From assembly GCA_951406725.2 (NCBI GenBank), contig OX597826.1, positions 51,770,001-51,834,000 on the forward strand: a DNA stretch of 64,000 nucleotides. Reading direction: 5' to 3'. Origin of the DNA: Octopus vulgaris (Eukaryota). Below, one piece after another: positions 51,151-64,000 of this stretch. The stretch's first letter is position 1, and each line of letters begins with the position of its first letter. A program made the translations under genes and the position numbers. The notes beneath the pieces were generated by a model. The model saw only the letters and a program-made list of their open reading frames with translations. It was not told where the DNA came from and did not search any database.

Positions 51151-53033
51151 ATATACATAATTGGTTAAGACTAAAATCTAGAATAAATAAGATAAATTAC
51201 ACGGTCAACGTTCACATATAAGTGGGAAAAAAACTGGTTCCTTGGACTAAAATAACAATGCTATGAGTTGTTATCTGTATTGAAAACTAATATAGCATAT
51301 CCTTAACCTATTTGAATATTATTAAAATCTGAACTTGCATGGAAATGCTTAAAAAATAGCTAAACATCTTAACCAATTGACTCCACTTGTGTCTTTTTGT
51401 CGTCTCTCAACTATATTTGATTTAACATATTCTTTCTAGCATTGATAGCATTGACTATAAGTGAACGACTACCAACATATTGATTTTTCTAAGTAACTTC
51501 AACAACATAAATTTCAGATTTTGTCGTTCTTCTTTTCTTGATTTAGTACCTTTCATATAATCGATGTTTGTTCGCTTTCAGGTAGCAAGTTATTATATTT
51601 AGCAACGCTAATTCACAATACCTAGCTATCCATCTGTCTAGCTTGAAATATTAAGCTTTATTTTACTCTGGAAACAATTAATTAACGTAGAACATAACAT
51701 TAAATTATTTCTAGTCTACATAAATTTAATTCTGTGTTATCTAGCGCATTATCTTTAGCAACCATTGCTGTCATTGTAGTAATTTTACAATATTTAATCA
51801 TTCGATATATATTAAATGTATTCTATTCGTTGTTTAGAAGGTAACTTCGGGCTTAGTTATATTAATAGTTCCAACTTAATGAGTTCCACTTATCCTTCAC
51901 TATATTTTAATTTACTATTCTAAATTGATATTCTCTAAATATTAGGTCTTACACAAGTAGGGGGAATTTTGAAACTGCAAGAAATATATATTGACTTTAG
52001 AAGTATAGAATTCATTTCAGGGGAAGAGGGACGTTAGTTGAAACACATTATACAAAAAAATCTAATTTTCATCATATTACACTGGTAAATGTAGTCCATC
52101 ATCTGTTTTATAGATTTATACGTGTAAAACGAACGGAATAAGCATGCGTAGGAAGATCTCTGGAAAACAATTTTTGAGCCAATCTAAACATTCTAAGAGG
52201 CTTCAAAGTAGGGAAGGTTGAAAGACAATGCTATAGGAAAGATTTTGATGCAATTCAAGACTTAAGTTGTCATCACTTCAATTTTCAACTCTAATAATGT
52301 ATTTTATTTGGTAAGATCAATTAGGCCTGATTGTCACTTTAGATTGTCGCTTTTAAATAGGGTTTATTGGTTCACATGTGTTTGCTCTAGCTTGTAAGCT
52401 GATATGTCAACAGGAAACAAGTTTCCGTTCATGGCGCCTTGTTATTTCACAGTTGTACTTTGCAGGCAGAGTAAGCAAGATATCTACAATACTTATTTCC
52501 AGCATTACATGGAATTGTGAATTTAAGATATTCAATTCAAATTCGTTGATCGGAAAAGTATTCGGGAATTTGTTCTCTCAACATCTTCCAGTTCATTAAA
52601 AAGTGCGACATAATGAGAAGCCTTTCTCTTCCTTGCAAAATGTACAAGAACATAGTCCGCCACATCTGTACTTAAAGGGTCTCTCCACAATCATATTCTA
52701 ATTCTTCTTAAGAAAATCATATAAACTATTTTGACCTCCACTTTAATTCTTCACCCACAACTGGAGCAACTTCCGAATTCCATGCATGTTTTGTGTTAAA
52801 GTGATACGACTCGTAATTGTGTGGTTAGTTGATGTATATTGCAACTAGTCCCGCTGAATATATTCCAACTAGTGCCATGTAACTATGGCCTCAGTATATA
52901 CATCGTACACAGCACTATACACGAGTTAATTCCTACTCCATTCTGATAAATTTCTGCTAGATATTTAACACACAAAGGTATTCATTCCTGACTTAGGTAT
53001 TTACTAAGGATGCTCACAATTTATAAACTAAAT

Positions 53034-53199
53034 AGGCGCAGGAGTGGCTGTGTGGTAAGTAGCTTGCTAACAACCACATGGTTCCGGGTTCAGTCCCACT
53101 GCGTGGCATCTTGGGCAAGTGTCTTCTGCTATAGCCTCGGGCCGACAAATGCCTTGTGAGTGGATTTGGTAGACGGAAACTGAAAGAAGCCTGTCGTTA

Positions 53200-53288
<89 letters not shown>

Positions 53289-53512
53289 TTGTGTGTCTGT
53301 GTTTGTCCCCCTAGCATTGCTTGACAACCGATGCTTGTGTGTTTACGTCCCCGTCACTTAGCGGTTCGGCAAAAGAGACCGATAGAATAAGTACTGGGCT
53401 TACAAAAGAATAAGTCCCGGGGTCGATTTGCTCGACTAAAAGGCGGTGCTCCAGCATGGCCGCAGTCAAATGACTGGAACAAGTAAAAGAGAGTAAAGAG
53501 AAAGAGAGTAAA
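53034..53512 (+). mobile_element. SINE family A, near-consensus full-length copy
   Basis: aggcgcaggagtggctgtgtggtaag head, internal (TA)n(TG)n, repeated gtaaaaga-like tail. Confidence 0.92.
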
Positions 53513-55249
53513 TGTTTTATTAGAAAATATGAAAAATACCGAAGCCTTTCAGCTCTTTTGAAAAGTTTCTGCATTAACGTGAGATAAATATGTTTGAAGG
53601 GTAGTATAAAAAGAAGCTCTGATACGATAATAACGTAATGTTAACAAAATACTTCTTTTCTACCGAGAAGGTGGCGTTTTAATGTACCCTAAGCTCAACC
53701 TGACCTCAATTTAGGCTTGTAGCTACGACCTGCTTCACTTTAAGATGTGTGATATTCTGTTTGTAATAATTTCACGTCAACATTTGTATAGAAAGACTAA
53801 GTGGAATGAATCTTGAATTCCCGAAGTGTTTTAACTGGACATATTTCTGAATGCAAATACTATATGCTTCAAAATGTTAATAAAAGGACTTCACAATTTC
53901 GGAAAAATCTCAGCTTTACTTTTCATTTTTCAAACAGAAATATGAAAGATATTAAATTGTAGAAAATTATTTTGTATTAGCATTATCAACTGAAAATATT
54001 TTGTTTTCACCTAACAGAGATTCTCCGAAATTCTCTGAATTAAGGAACGTCTATTTTTATACAACATGCTTACTTATATGTTTTGGAAAGGTTTATTGAT
54101 TTAATAGCTTTATATTCATTTATCCATGTATCCTCTTAGTCACTTCAATCTTTGAAAATTCACTATCTTCACCGCGTTTACCATATTTAGAATCATGTTG
54201 CTATTTCGGTTGTTTACTTGACTGAATATTTGGTACGGAACATTTTCATCTTCAAATATAGCTTAGACTTGTTTTGTTTCTCTACCAATTCTCTTTCCGG
54301 CTATATATTATTGTTTCTAAAACGTTTTATCTTATTAGTTGTTATTACTTTATTAAAAAACTTTTTTCTACAACATTAAAAAAGTCTTTCTGAATTCTCC
54401 GGAATTTTATATCTTTAGTGGTAGGTATTTCAGAAAATTACAGGAACAGTCTCAAAATACGTCGGTGAAAATATATTGTCATGTTTTACTTATTTGAATA
54501 ATTAATAAAACAAATCTCTAGAGCGGATTCTTTTGTTTCGCTCCCTAGCTATGATGACTTTTACTTCCATTCAATATTTCATACTGACCATGCAGATATT
54601 TGTTATAAAAACTTTATGATTACTAGATCGAAATAATGTATATACTTTAGTCAATATATGCATAATAAAGGCGATATAGACAAATAAGTTGTTAAATTAC
54701 AATCTATGCAGATAATTTTTATTGGCGGAAATGATCGGATTACCTTTAAAAATATCAAATCTGCGTTAGATTAAGATTCACCGTTCCAGGATAAAATAGA
54801 TACTTAATATGTCGAAATCTGTGCTGAGCTAAGGAAGAAAATATAACATAGCGAAAATATTGCAAAACAGTAGTTTTGCTTTTGTTGTTAATATTTAAGT
54901 CTGCCAAATATTACGATTAATAACGCTTTAGCAGCTTCAATTTTGAATACAAACAATACTACAGGGCAAATGCATTGATAGTAAATGCTATAGCATATAT
55001 ACATTAATTAAAATTATTGAAATATACTGGGAGTGATGTAAATATCTATCATGTTTCTACAATTTCATCTTGGACAGGAGAGAAACTGGATCAGTTGGAC
55101 TATAATTGTGAAATTGTCGATCACTTTATTAAACCAAACAGACCGACGTGAATGTTTGACATATATTTTAGCTGCTCAATCAAAAAAGGTCACAGATACG
55201 TTAACAGTGTTAGTTTTTCATACTAACCTTGACTAATTTTAATTAGTCA

Positions 55250-55421
55250 AGGCGCAGGAGTGGCTGTATTGTAAGTAGCTTGTTTACCAACTACATGCTT
55301 TCGGGTTCAGTCCCAATGCGTGGTACCTTGGGCAAGAGTCTTCTACTATAGCCTCAGGCCGACCAAAGCCTTGTCAGTGGATTTGGTAGACGGAAACTGA
55401 AAGAAGCCCGTCGTATATGCG

Positions 55422-55453
<32 letters not shown>

Positions 55454-55662
55454 AGTGTGTATCTGTGATTGTCCCCCTAGCATTGCTTGACAACCGATAC
55501 TGGTGTGTTTCTGTCACCGTCACTTAGCGGTTCGGCAAAAGAGAGCGATAGAATAAGTACTAGGCTTACAAAGAAAGAGTCCTGGGGTGGATTTGCTCGA
55601 CTAAAGGCGGTGCTCTAGCATGGCCGCTGTCAAATGACTGAAACAAGTAAAAGAGTAAAAGA
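55250..55662 (+). mobile_element. SINE family A, full length
   Basis: Family A sequence. Confidence 0.9.
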
Positions 55663-56264
55663 TTTGTCATATGTAAAGATTGCTAAAATTTATGCATTTC
55701 CTCTATTGTAAAGTGCGTACAAAAACGCATCAAATATTAAAATCAGCGCGCTTGGATTAATACTTACCAAATAACCGTGTATCAAATGCCTTCATACATT
55801 CCACACGATTGAATCATCATTATTCATCATGATAATAATATATAAATATAACAAGGTAAAATGAAAGAGAAATTTGCATTTAAGTTCTAAATTCCTATAA
55901 CTTAAAACGACAGACTACTTTAGATTTTTCTATTCTTAACTATTGGATCATATCTACATTCTACTTTTATATTATTTTGCTACTGTGTTTCTTTATCGTA
56001 CACACTGAAAGACTTTCTGCACTTCAAGTTATCAAGAAACATCGATTTGAAGGCTAGACAAGAAATTTTACTATAAAGTAGAAAACGAAAATAAGCTAAG
56101 AAATACTTTATTTAACAAACTCAATTGTGTAAAGAAACACATGGCTAACATGAAAATCGATGTTAAACACACAGGAACATTATGAAGGATGTAGCTAAAA
56201 CACAGAACAGTGACTCACAGTATATGTAATCGAGTAGGCATATCTGAAGCTTCAGACAAGTCAA

Positions 56265-56358
<94 letters not shown>

Positions 56359-57187
56359 ACATATGTATATCGTAAATGGTTTTCCTTTATTTGAAATCCT
56401 GTGGGATGGCGGAACTGTAAGACCCTCGGATAGGATTTCTTCTGGTATTTGTTTCAGCACTTTGTTTTCTGAGTTCAGACATAGCCAAGTTGTGTGCAAG
56501 ACTTTGCGTCACTCGGGTTCATTCGCCTGCCCGGTGTCTTGGGTTAGTTTAACGGATCAGCCTTTGTTGCAAGCACTAGGGTAAGCTTTCCGTTTTCAGG
56601 ACACCTTTCTCTTTGCCCCTTACCAGTTCCGAGGATCCCTGTACGGGATCATAAGCACTTTTGGTCCTTCTTTCTAAATAATATATATGGAAGAGGGCGA
56701 GGGTGACGGTAGATAAAGTAGGTACAGGGAGAAGATTTATATCTTCATTTCAAATCTACCTCGAAACTAGTTCTTCTCTGCATTTCTAGATCACTTTCAG
56801 CATTTGAATCTTGTTAGAAAATGTTTCTTTGTAAATATTCTCAATCTATAAGAAAAGTACATTATAAAAGTACATGGAAAGCAGTGTACTAAGGAAATAT
56901 ATCTAATTCAGCTCTATGCTCACGGCTGATATACATTATTCTGTAGAAATTTTCTAATCTGGTTGTAAATATGTTTCACGTTTCACATATCAAATGGATT
57001 TAGGAGGAGCAATCTGCAATTGTTGAATGTTTCTTTAGCATGCAGTATTGAATTACACGGATAAAGCTAAAATTTAGCATGTCATATTTAACATATTCAT
57101 AAATTGTTCCGTTCAGAAATTTCACTTCGTTAATTATGGCATTTCTCTTCTAAAATCATGTATGTTTGTCTTGACAGTGTCACAGCT

Positions 57188-57572
57188 GAGGCTGTGTGAT
57201 AAGAAGCTTGATTACCTACAACATAGTTATGGGTTCAGTTCCACTGCGTGATACCTTGAGGTAAATGTCTCTTACAAGAGCCTCGGGGTGACCAAAGCCT
57301 TTGTCAGTGTGTGTGTGTGTGTGTGTGTGTGCGTGTGTGTGTTTGTGTGTGTGTGTCTGTGTGTGTGCGTTTGTCTCCCACCACCACTTAACAGCCGGTG
57401 CTGTTGTGTTTACATCCCCTTAAATTAGCGATTCGGCAAAAGAGACCGATAGAATATGTACTAGACTTAAAAAGAAATAAGTCCTGGTGTTCGATGAAGT
57501 TGGCTAAAAGCCTTGACGATGGTGCTCCAGCATGGCTGCAGTCAAATGACTGAAAGAAATAAAGGATAAAAT
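57188..57572 (+). mobile_element. SINE family A (diverged)
   Basis: Family A head and tail with internal (TG)n. Confidence 0.75.
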
Positions 57573-60374
57573 ATAATAGCAGTTGAATCAGAATAATTTG
57601 TCCGATGTTTTCTCTCATTCATTGGTAAAATGGAAATATGTCATTGATTATTAATATAGTTTAATTTTACTGACTCTTTATGTATTTCTAATTAAATTAT
57701 TAATATTCTCTATATTAAATACTTTAACTTTTACTTGTGATTATAGCATAAAGTTACATTTCATGCGACGGGTAACTTTCGAAGTGTACTCATACTACCA
57801 TGGGTAATATCAGGAAGTGTGACATATTACAACAATAATAATAATTTTATCTTTTATCAAACTTCTCGGTGCTTATTCAAAACGATGAATCAAATAGTTT
57901 TTCAAAACTCTCCTCGTTCTCTATGTCTATGATGCTTTTCACTCATCTTGCACTTTCGTGTTAACCTTCTCTCTATCTCTCTTTTAGACTATTCTTCTTT
58001 CTCTCTGTTCGTTATAAAGCTTGACTGGAGTAATCAGCCACCCAATAAAACAATCAATTATTATTTCGACAATTATCGCATAGAATTATGGAGATCACTC
58101 AGTGTTTAGTATGATAGAGAGATACCAGTATAAATTGGATTCAATAAGGTAATTTCAAATCTGTGCATGATGAAATATCATTCTTACCATAAAATATCAT
58201 TACATTATTTTCATGAATGTGGCAAATATCCTACTCTGCATGCAATAATTCAACGGAAGTCCCCGAAATTGAAATTTAATACTTAATGTCTTTAAGCCAA
58301 GTGGAAACTTTTGATATTTAATATATATCGGAATATTCCATAATAGACTACATTACTACACATTATTAATATTATGTAAACATTTTCTAGAAATTTATGT
58401 TATTCAATCTGATTTCCTCTGGGCTTAAACAACTTTTCCTTTATTAACATACGCCTCAAAATAGAATCCCCTCGTGAATACCTAATTGTTATTTTCTTTA
58501 ATGATTTTGCTCAAATTTCATACGGATTAATCAGATTTTGTTTCAAATCGATCGATTGTTTTCAATTAATATTATTTGAAGTTTTAAGTTCATTTCGTGA
58601 ATGTTTTAAGGGAGGAAAATAAGTTAGATTCGGTGTTTTTATTGTTTATTCGAAATGTTTCTGCTTTTGGCAACATTGACAAGTTTCGTAAACTTTCTCA
58701 TTAAATATTAGATCTTAAAATTATTGACAGCAGTATGAATAATATTTGTTTTACGAAAACAACTATAAATTGCGGTCGTACAACAGTTTTAATCATTACA
58801 TTTGAGAACTGTTTATAAACAAACATAAAAGAAAATACATAACTTCGGAGGCTTAATTTTATGTTTAAAATTTAATTCATTCTTTATAGAAATATGTTAA
58901 GATGTAATGCAGTGAGTTAATTAATCGCAGTGGAGAATTAGAACATTTTTGAAATTAAGTATCTTACGGATGTGATAACTATATATAAGATTCTTTTAAT
59001 TAAACATAAAATCAATTTATGACTGATTCATTCCATATTATTACTACTTTTATCGACATCTGATGGACGAAGGCAATATTGACCCAATCATTCGGTGCTT
59101 AAATTTTGAGATTATTGATGCACCGAACTAGATAATTGATAACAGACGAATCAAACACTCGATATTAACTAAACGTTAGTTCTCAGTTGTGCAGAATGCA
59201 GTGAGGCATTTATAAACATTTCCATAGAGTTGCTAATGCAAATATAATAACCAGCTTATTATATATGGGTTAATAAATATTTGATATCAAGAATGGAAAT
59301 ATAAAGAAGTCAAAGAACTCTAACACGCAATCTCTTTTACTCTCGCTTACGTGAAATTTATACTGGTTCATATTTCTTTATTTCTCTTAATATAAAGAAC
59401 ATCAGTGTAACTTGTAATTTGTTACTCAAAACATTCGCTCACCTTCTATTTCAAATAATGGAATTTATTCTCTGAAAATTATCTTCCGAGGACGAAATGA
59501 CCAAAAATTCACAAAAATAGCGTGTTTAGTATATACTGAAATGGATTGGTGACTCACACACACACATATTTCTTTAAAATATTTATTGGGTAACTCGAAT
59601 ACTCGGAATGTATTTAGTAGAAAACTAAGTCAGAGAAAATAGATTGGTGTGATATATCATTTTATTTTCATATTATTTCTAAATCTTGTAGGTGATGGAT
59701 GATAGATAGAATAAAGAACTAGACAAATACTATCTGGTGTGTCAGTGTCTCCGGGGCGATGAAGTATTCACCAGTCAATTATTGAAGCAGATGTAGTAGA
59801 CAAGCCACTATAGTCAGTTTCGTGTTGTTGTATGTATTTATATGAGGTACATATTAACAATAACAGACAATTCAAAGTCTACAGCTATGGTGTCGAACAG
59901 AAGGCCTTGCGGCCTTTCACGTTCTGAATTCAACTCCCTGAATGGCAAGCAATCTGCTTGCATACATAAAGTATGTGTACTTTTGAAAGTCGAACTGCAG
60001 TATTCATCTCGAGAAAGCATTTTCTATAGACGTATAATCTTTAAAAAAAATATGAGCAGCAGGCGAAGGTCGTTCAGCAGCAAATTTTGGAAGTGCTACA
60101 TCCGGATTTCTGCATATTGTCTTCATCAGTATCTACACCAATCACTGATTCAGAAGTAATGGTGCTTCCGTCGTTAATAATTAGCTTTTTATTCAGCCTG
60201 CTGGCAGAATGCGAGATCAGCGGCCGTTTAATCACTGTTTAACTATATTAAATAAGCTTGTGGGCGATAATTGGTTGTCGTGGGGGGATGTAGATATTTG
60301 CTACTGGTGAAGCTAATAAGCAGAAATTTGGAAATAGGGATATAGCAATCTCACCACTGCTGTTGGTTGAGTTT

Positions 60375-60506
<132 letters not shown>

Positions 60507-60699
60507 CATACATACATTCATACATACATATTTATATATATATAATATACAGTCTTCGTTATATTTTTACAATCAGTGGTGTATAATGAAATCAGTGAGT
60601 TTTATGTAACTAACACTTTTAAATATTCGGCTTTTAAGACTAAACATTTTTTAAAAAGTAATGATTTTAAATATTTGCCACAGGAACAGTCATTTTTTT

Positions 60700-60870
60700 A
60701 AGGAGGGGGATGTACATTTCTTCGACACCGATACTTTAATTTATCGACCCCAGAAATGATGGAAGTTAATGTCAAGCTCGAGGGGATGTGAATTATGAAT
60801 GTAAAGAGCTAGGTGGCCTACAGCTAAGCATTTTGTTCTACGCGCTAACCTTCCTGCGGGTTCGCCGTCA
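60700..60870 (-). mobile_element. SINE family C (diverged)
   Basis: ttaatttatcgacccc..gctaaccttcctgc..ttcgccg. Confidence 0.55.
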
Positions 60871-61665
60871 TTGAAAGAAAATAATAAAATACATAATTAC
60901 AGCTGATAAGTTATTTCCTACTTTACGCTTATTATTCAAGAGTCCCTCGTTCAGCGCTCTAATATATTTTGTAGCCGAGTCTTCTCAGACTACCAGTAAC
61001 AGGGACACATAGATCAGCGAAAGGATTACGCAGTGAATTTAAATTATGGATAATTCAAGGAAGTGTTATAACATGGTAGTTGCTAACTGACATATAAATC
61101 TCAATTACTGTTATCAGCTCTCTAATTTAACCATGAGCCAAACTCCTGTGATATGTGATACGGTAGGTTGAGATGAAAGGTTTCAAGATGTTAATAGCAA
61201 ATCTTGGCTGCCAATGTTGTTAATGTATTCCTATGACATCAAATCACTGCTAATCTTTCAGCAGATGTGTCGCATTTTATAACAACTCTTTGCATACAAT
61301 TTGGTTAGTTGTCATTGAAAGTAAGTGATAGTAATATCAGTGAAAGGAATATATCGATTTCTTCTTCAGGAATACAACCAATATTAGTGATACTCTAGTC
61401 GATTGAATCGATCCGAGAAGAGTAGTTAAGTATATTGAGAAATGAAAGCTGAAATCCACCTTGGCGTGATTCTCCACAATCGTCCGTGAACCTAAGTAAA
61501 AGCTGTAAATGATTTAACCCGATTTGCTGTTCTTCTTGTCAAATTTACATCAAATGATTGATTATGCGGCTGAGGGACGTTTTTAGAATGGAACTTTTAC
61601 GGTTCTGTTTTTGAACTAATTATGTAGTTATTCTACCTGCATGCGCGCTTACACATGTTTCTAAA

Positions 61666-61954
<289 letters not shown>

Positions 61955-62974
61955 CAAAGACATCTGAAAGTCATGAAACCGAAAACACCACACATTGCTG
62001 CAGGGGGCTTTGCTGTAACTGTGCTATAATTTACAACAATGTACTTTTAGACAAACACAAAGAAATTATAAACCTCTTTTTAATCGGTAAGCTTACAAAT
62101 CTGTTCTTCCGGCATATCACATGCAAATCGCAGGTTCATGCATCTTAAGCGTATATGTTATATACCCTGTTTCTATGTGTGTACGTATGCGCATGTGCAG
62201 GTTTTCGTATGTGTGTGCATGTGTAAGCGAATCTAAACTGCACTTAATAGTTTTGGCACCCATTTATATGTAAACCGTTAGTCATCCCCCCATTTAAGTA
62301 TTATTCAGCTGGACACAAGCAAACACTCGCTCGTGCAAAGGCTCACATAAGTATTTCTGTTGAGGAGTGCAATATATTGAACCTGTAGAAAGCTCTCCCA
62401 AGTTAATTACCGTTAGCTCACAATGAGGAACGGATTCCACTTCTCTAGCACATGGTCGTAACAATACGGAAACTTATGTTCTAGAGTCCCACATAACCCA
62501 GTTTGGTGTGTTTTCACAGACATTATCTAGAAAAAGAATTTCTTCTCCGTGAACGTTACTGCAGTATTAGTGTTTCGACGTTTGAGTGTACACGATCAAT
62601 TCAAAATTATTGTGTTCTTTAATTACTTCCAGCTTGATAACACTTAGCACACCTATCAAATTTATTTTTTGTTGTTTCCACAAACGAATTGTAGTTCGTA
62701 ATGGGTTATCTACGACAGCTTCTGTGTCTGTAACAAATATAATATAACTATAGAGAAACGTGCGTTTTAACGTCACACGATGTGATTTATAGTCCAGATC
62801 AGTTTTGTTTTGCAAGCAGACTATAAGAATAATTTCTCCTCGAAGAGAATAACAACAGCGAAAGTCTTACCTTGTTGCAACTCAGACGATTATGTTAATT
62901 ATAAATGTAATTGTACATTAATATATAACTTCGTTATAATCATTACCACTTATTCAGCCATTATACATGGCCTG

Positions 62975-63172
62975 ACTCTCAGTCAGTTCCCACGACGAAT
63001 ATTCCAATTGGTTCCATTAACGAACCAATCTACTCGTAAAATTAACGTGCAAGTGACTGAGCAGTCCACCGACACGCGAACCATAGTTCTAGGGGGATTC
63101 AGCAACACACTGAATGTGACAAGACCGGTCCTTTGAATTTCAAGTACAACTCATTTTTGCCAGCTAAGTGGA
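62975..63172 (-). mobile_element. SINE fragment with family-B variant-2 tail
   Basis: ctcgtaaaattaacgtgcaagtgactgagca..gtgacaagaccggtcctttgaa matches 8665-8780. Confidence 0.7.
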
Positions 63173-63173
63173 T

Positions 63174-63245
<72 letters not shown>

Positions 63246-63278
63246 TTATGTTTGTATGTATGCATATATATACTTGTA

Positions 63279-63418
63279 TCAAATTCCAGCGAGGTCAATT
63301 TTGCCTTTCATCCTTTTAAAGTCAATAAATTAAGTACCAGTTGCGTGTTGGGGTCCATTTAATCGATGGACCCCCGCCCCCAAAATTTCGGTCCTTGTGT
63401 TTAAAATAGAAAAGAATA
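63279..63418 (+). mobile_element. SINE family C 3' part
   Basis: caaattcc..gcctttcatcctt..ataaattaagtaccagttgcg..ccccaaaatttc. Confidence 0.7.
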
Positions 63419-64000
63419 TATATGATTGTATATCTTATCAAACTGAGTTTTAGTTTTAGTAAAAAAGCATGTCCAAACTCGGTATGTGTAATATGAATAG
63501 TTTATTTGAATGGTTTACCATTTCCCCTGGAAAGGTAAACCCATGATTCATTGTTTGTATTTATTTTGTATACATACATACATACATATATTTAATTATG
63601 TATATAATGCATATAATCATATATATTTGTAGATATGCATACACACACGCATATACATATATGTATGTATGTGTATATGTATATGTAGAGAGCACCAGTT
63701 GTTTAGCAAGTACTTCAGTACTTTATTCATCAAAATCGCTTAAAGGTCGATAAAAACATCGTTAGCACTATGACCAGTACTATTTTGAAGTGTATTCATG
63801 CCACTTATACATATTCTATGGAATAAACAAAATTAACAAATAAAATCAATAGATAAAATCAATAAATAAAGCACTCTTTGTTTATTTTAGTTCAGTAAAA
63901 TCAATACTCACAATCACTTGCTAAGGGCCTCTAGAAAGGATATTTTGCAATATTTCCCATTTCCTAGTCATTTCTGAGATTTTGGCTATGTATGAAATCA

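Noticed and set aside
52400-52900. Possible Neptune-type GIY-YIG C-terminal remnant on the minus strand (C.FCKEEK, RHE.K)
   Set aside because: Too degenerate to support without a profile search.
56385-56450. CAGAAGA plus 8-bp stem as a hammerhead
   Set aside because: No GAAA after the stem and no stem I.
59838-60200. ORFs on both strands, possible RTE remnant or host exon
   Set aside because: No recognisable domain or convincing splice structure.

Overview
AT-rich, repeat-dominated eukaryotic DNA, probably intronic or intergenic. The SINE families and microsatellite load resemble a coleoid cephalopod (Octopus-like); this is inferred from recognition, not from a search. No host protein-coding exon could be supported, and most listed ORFs are microsatellite translations. 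The window holds three tRNA-derived SINE families (here A, B, C; more than 25 copies or fragments), two full-length but decayed mariner elements, a DD37D-like remnant, MITEs, a non-autonomous Helitron, LINE fragments (R4/Dong-like, RTE-like, Jockey/L2-like), and one long plus three short Penelope-like element (PLE) fragments. The most interesting signal is a set of about 11 minimal type-I hammerhead ribozyme (HHR) motifs or remnants in at least 7 unrelated repeat contexts. One non-coding family has an intact catalytic core and covarying stem I. It appears as a 481-bp direct-repeat unit (41-587) and as a circularly permuted copy forming a perfect 253-bp-arm palindrome with two HHRs (41695-42210). 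This family is a candidate retrozyme / PLE-mobilised circular-RNA system. Ribozyme activity is predicted from the fold only.
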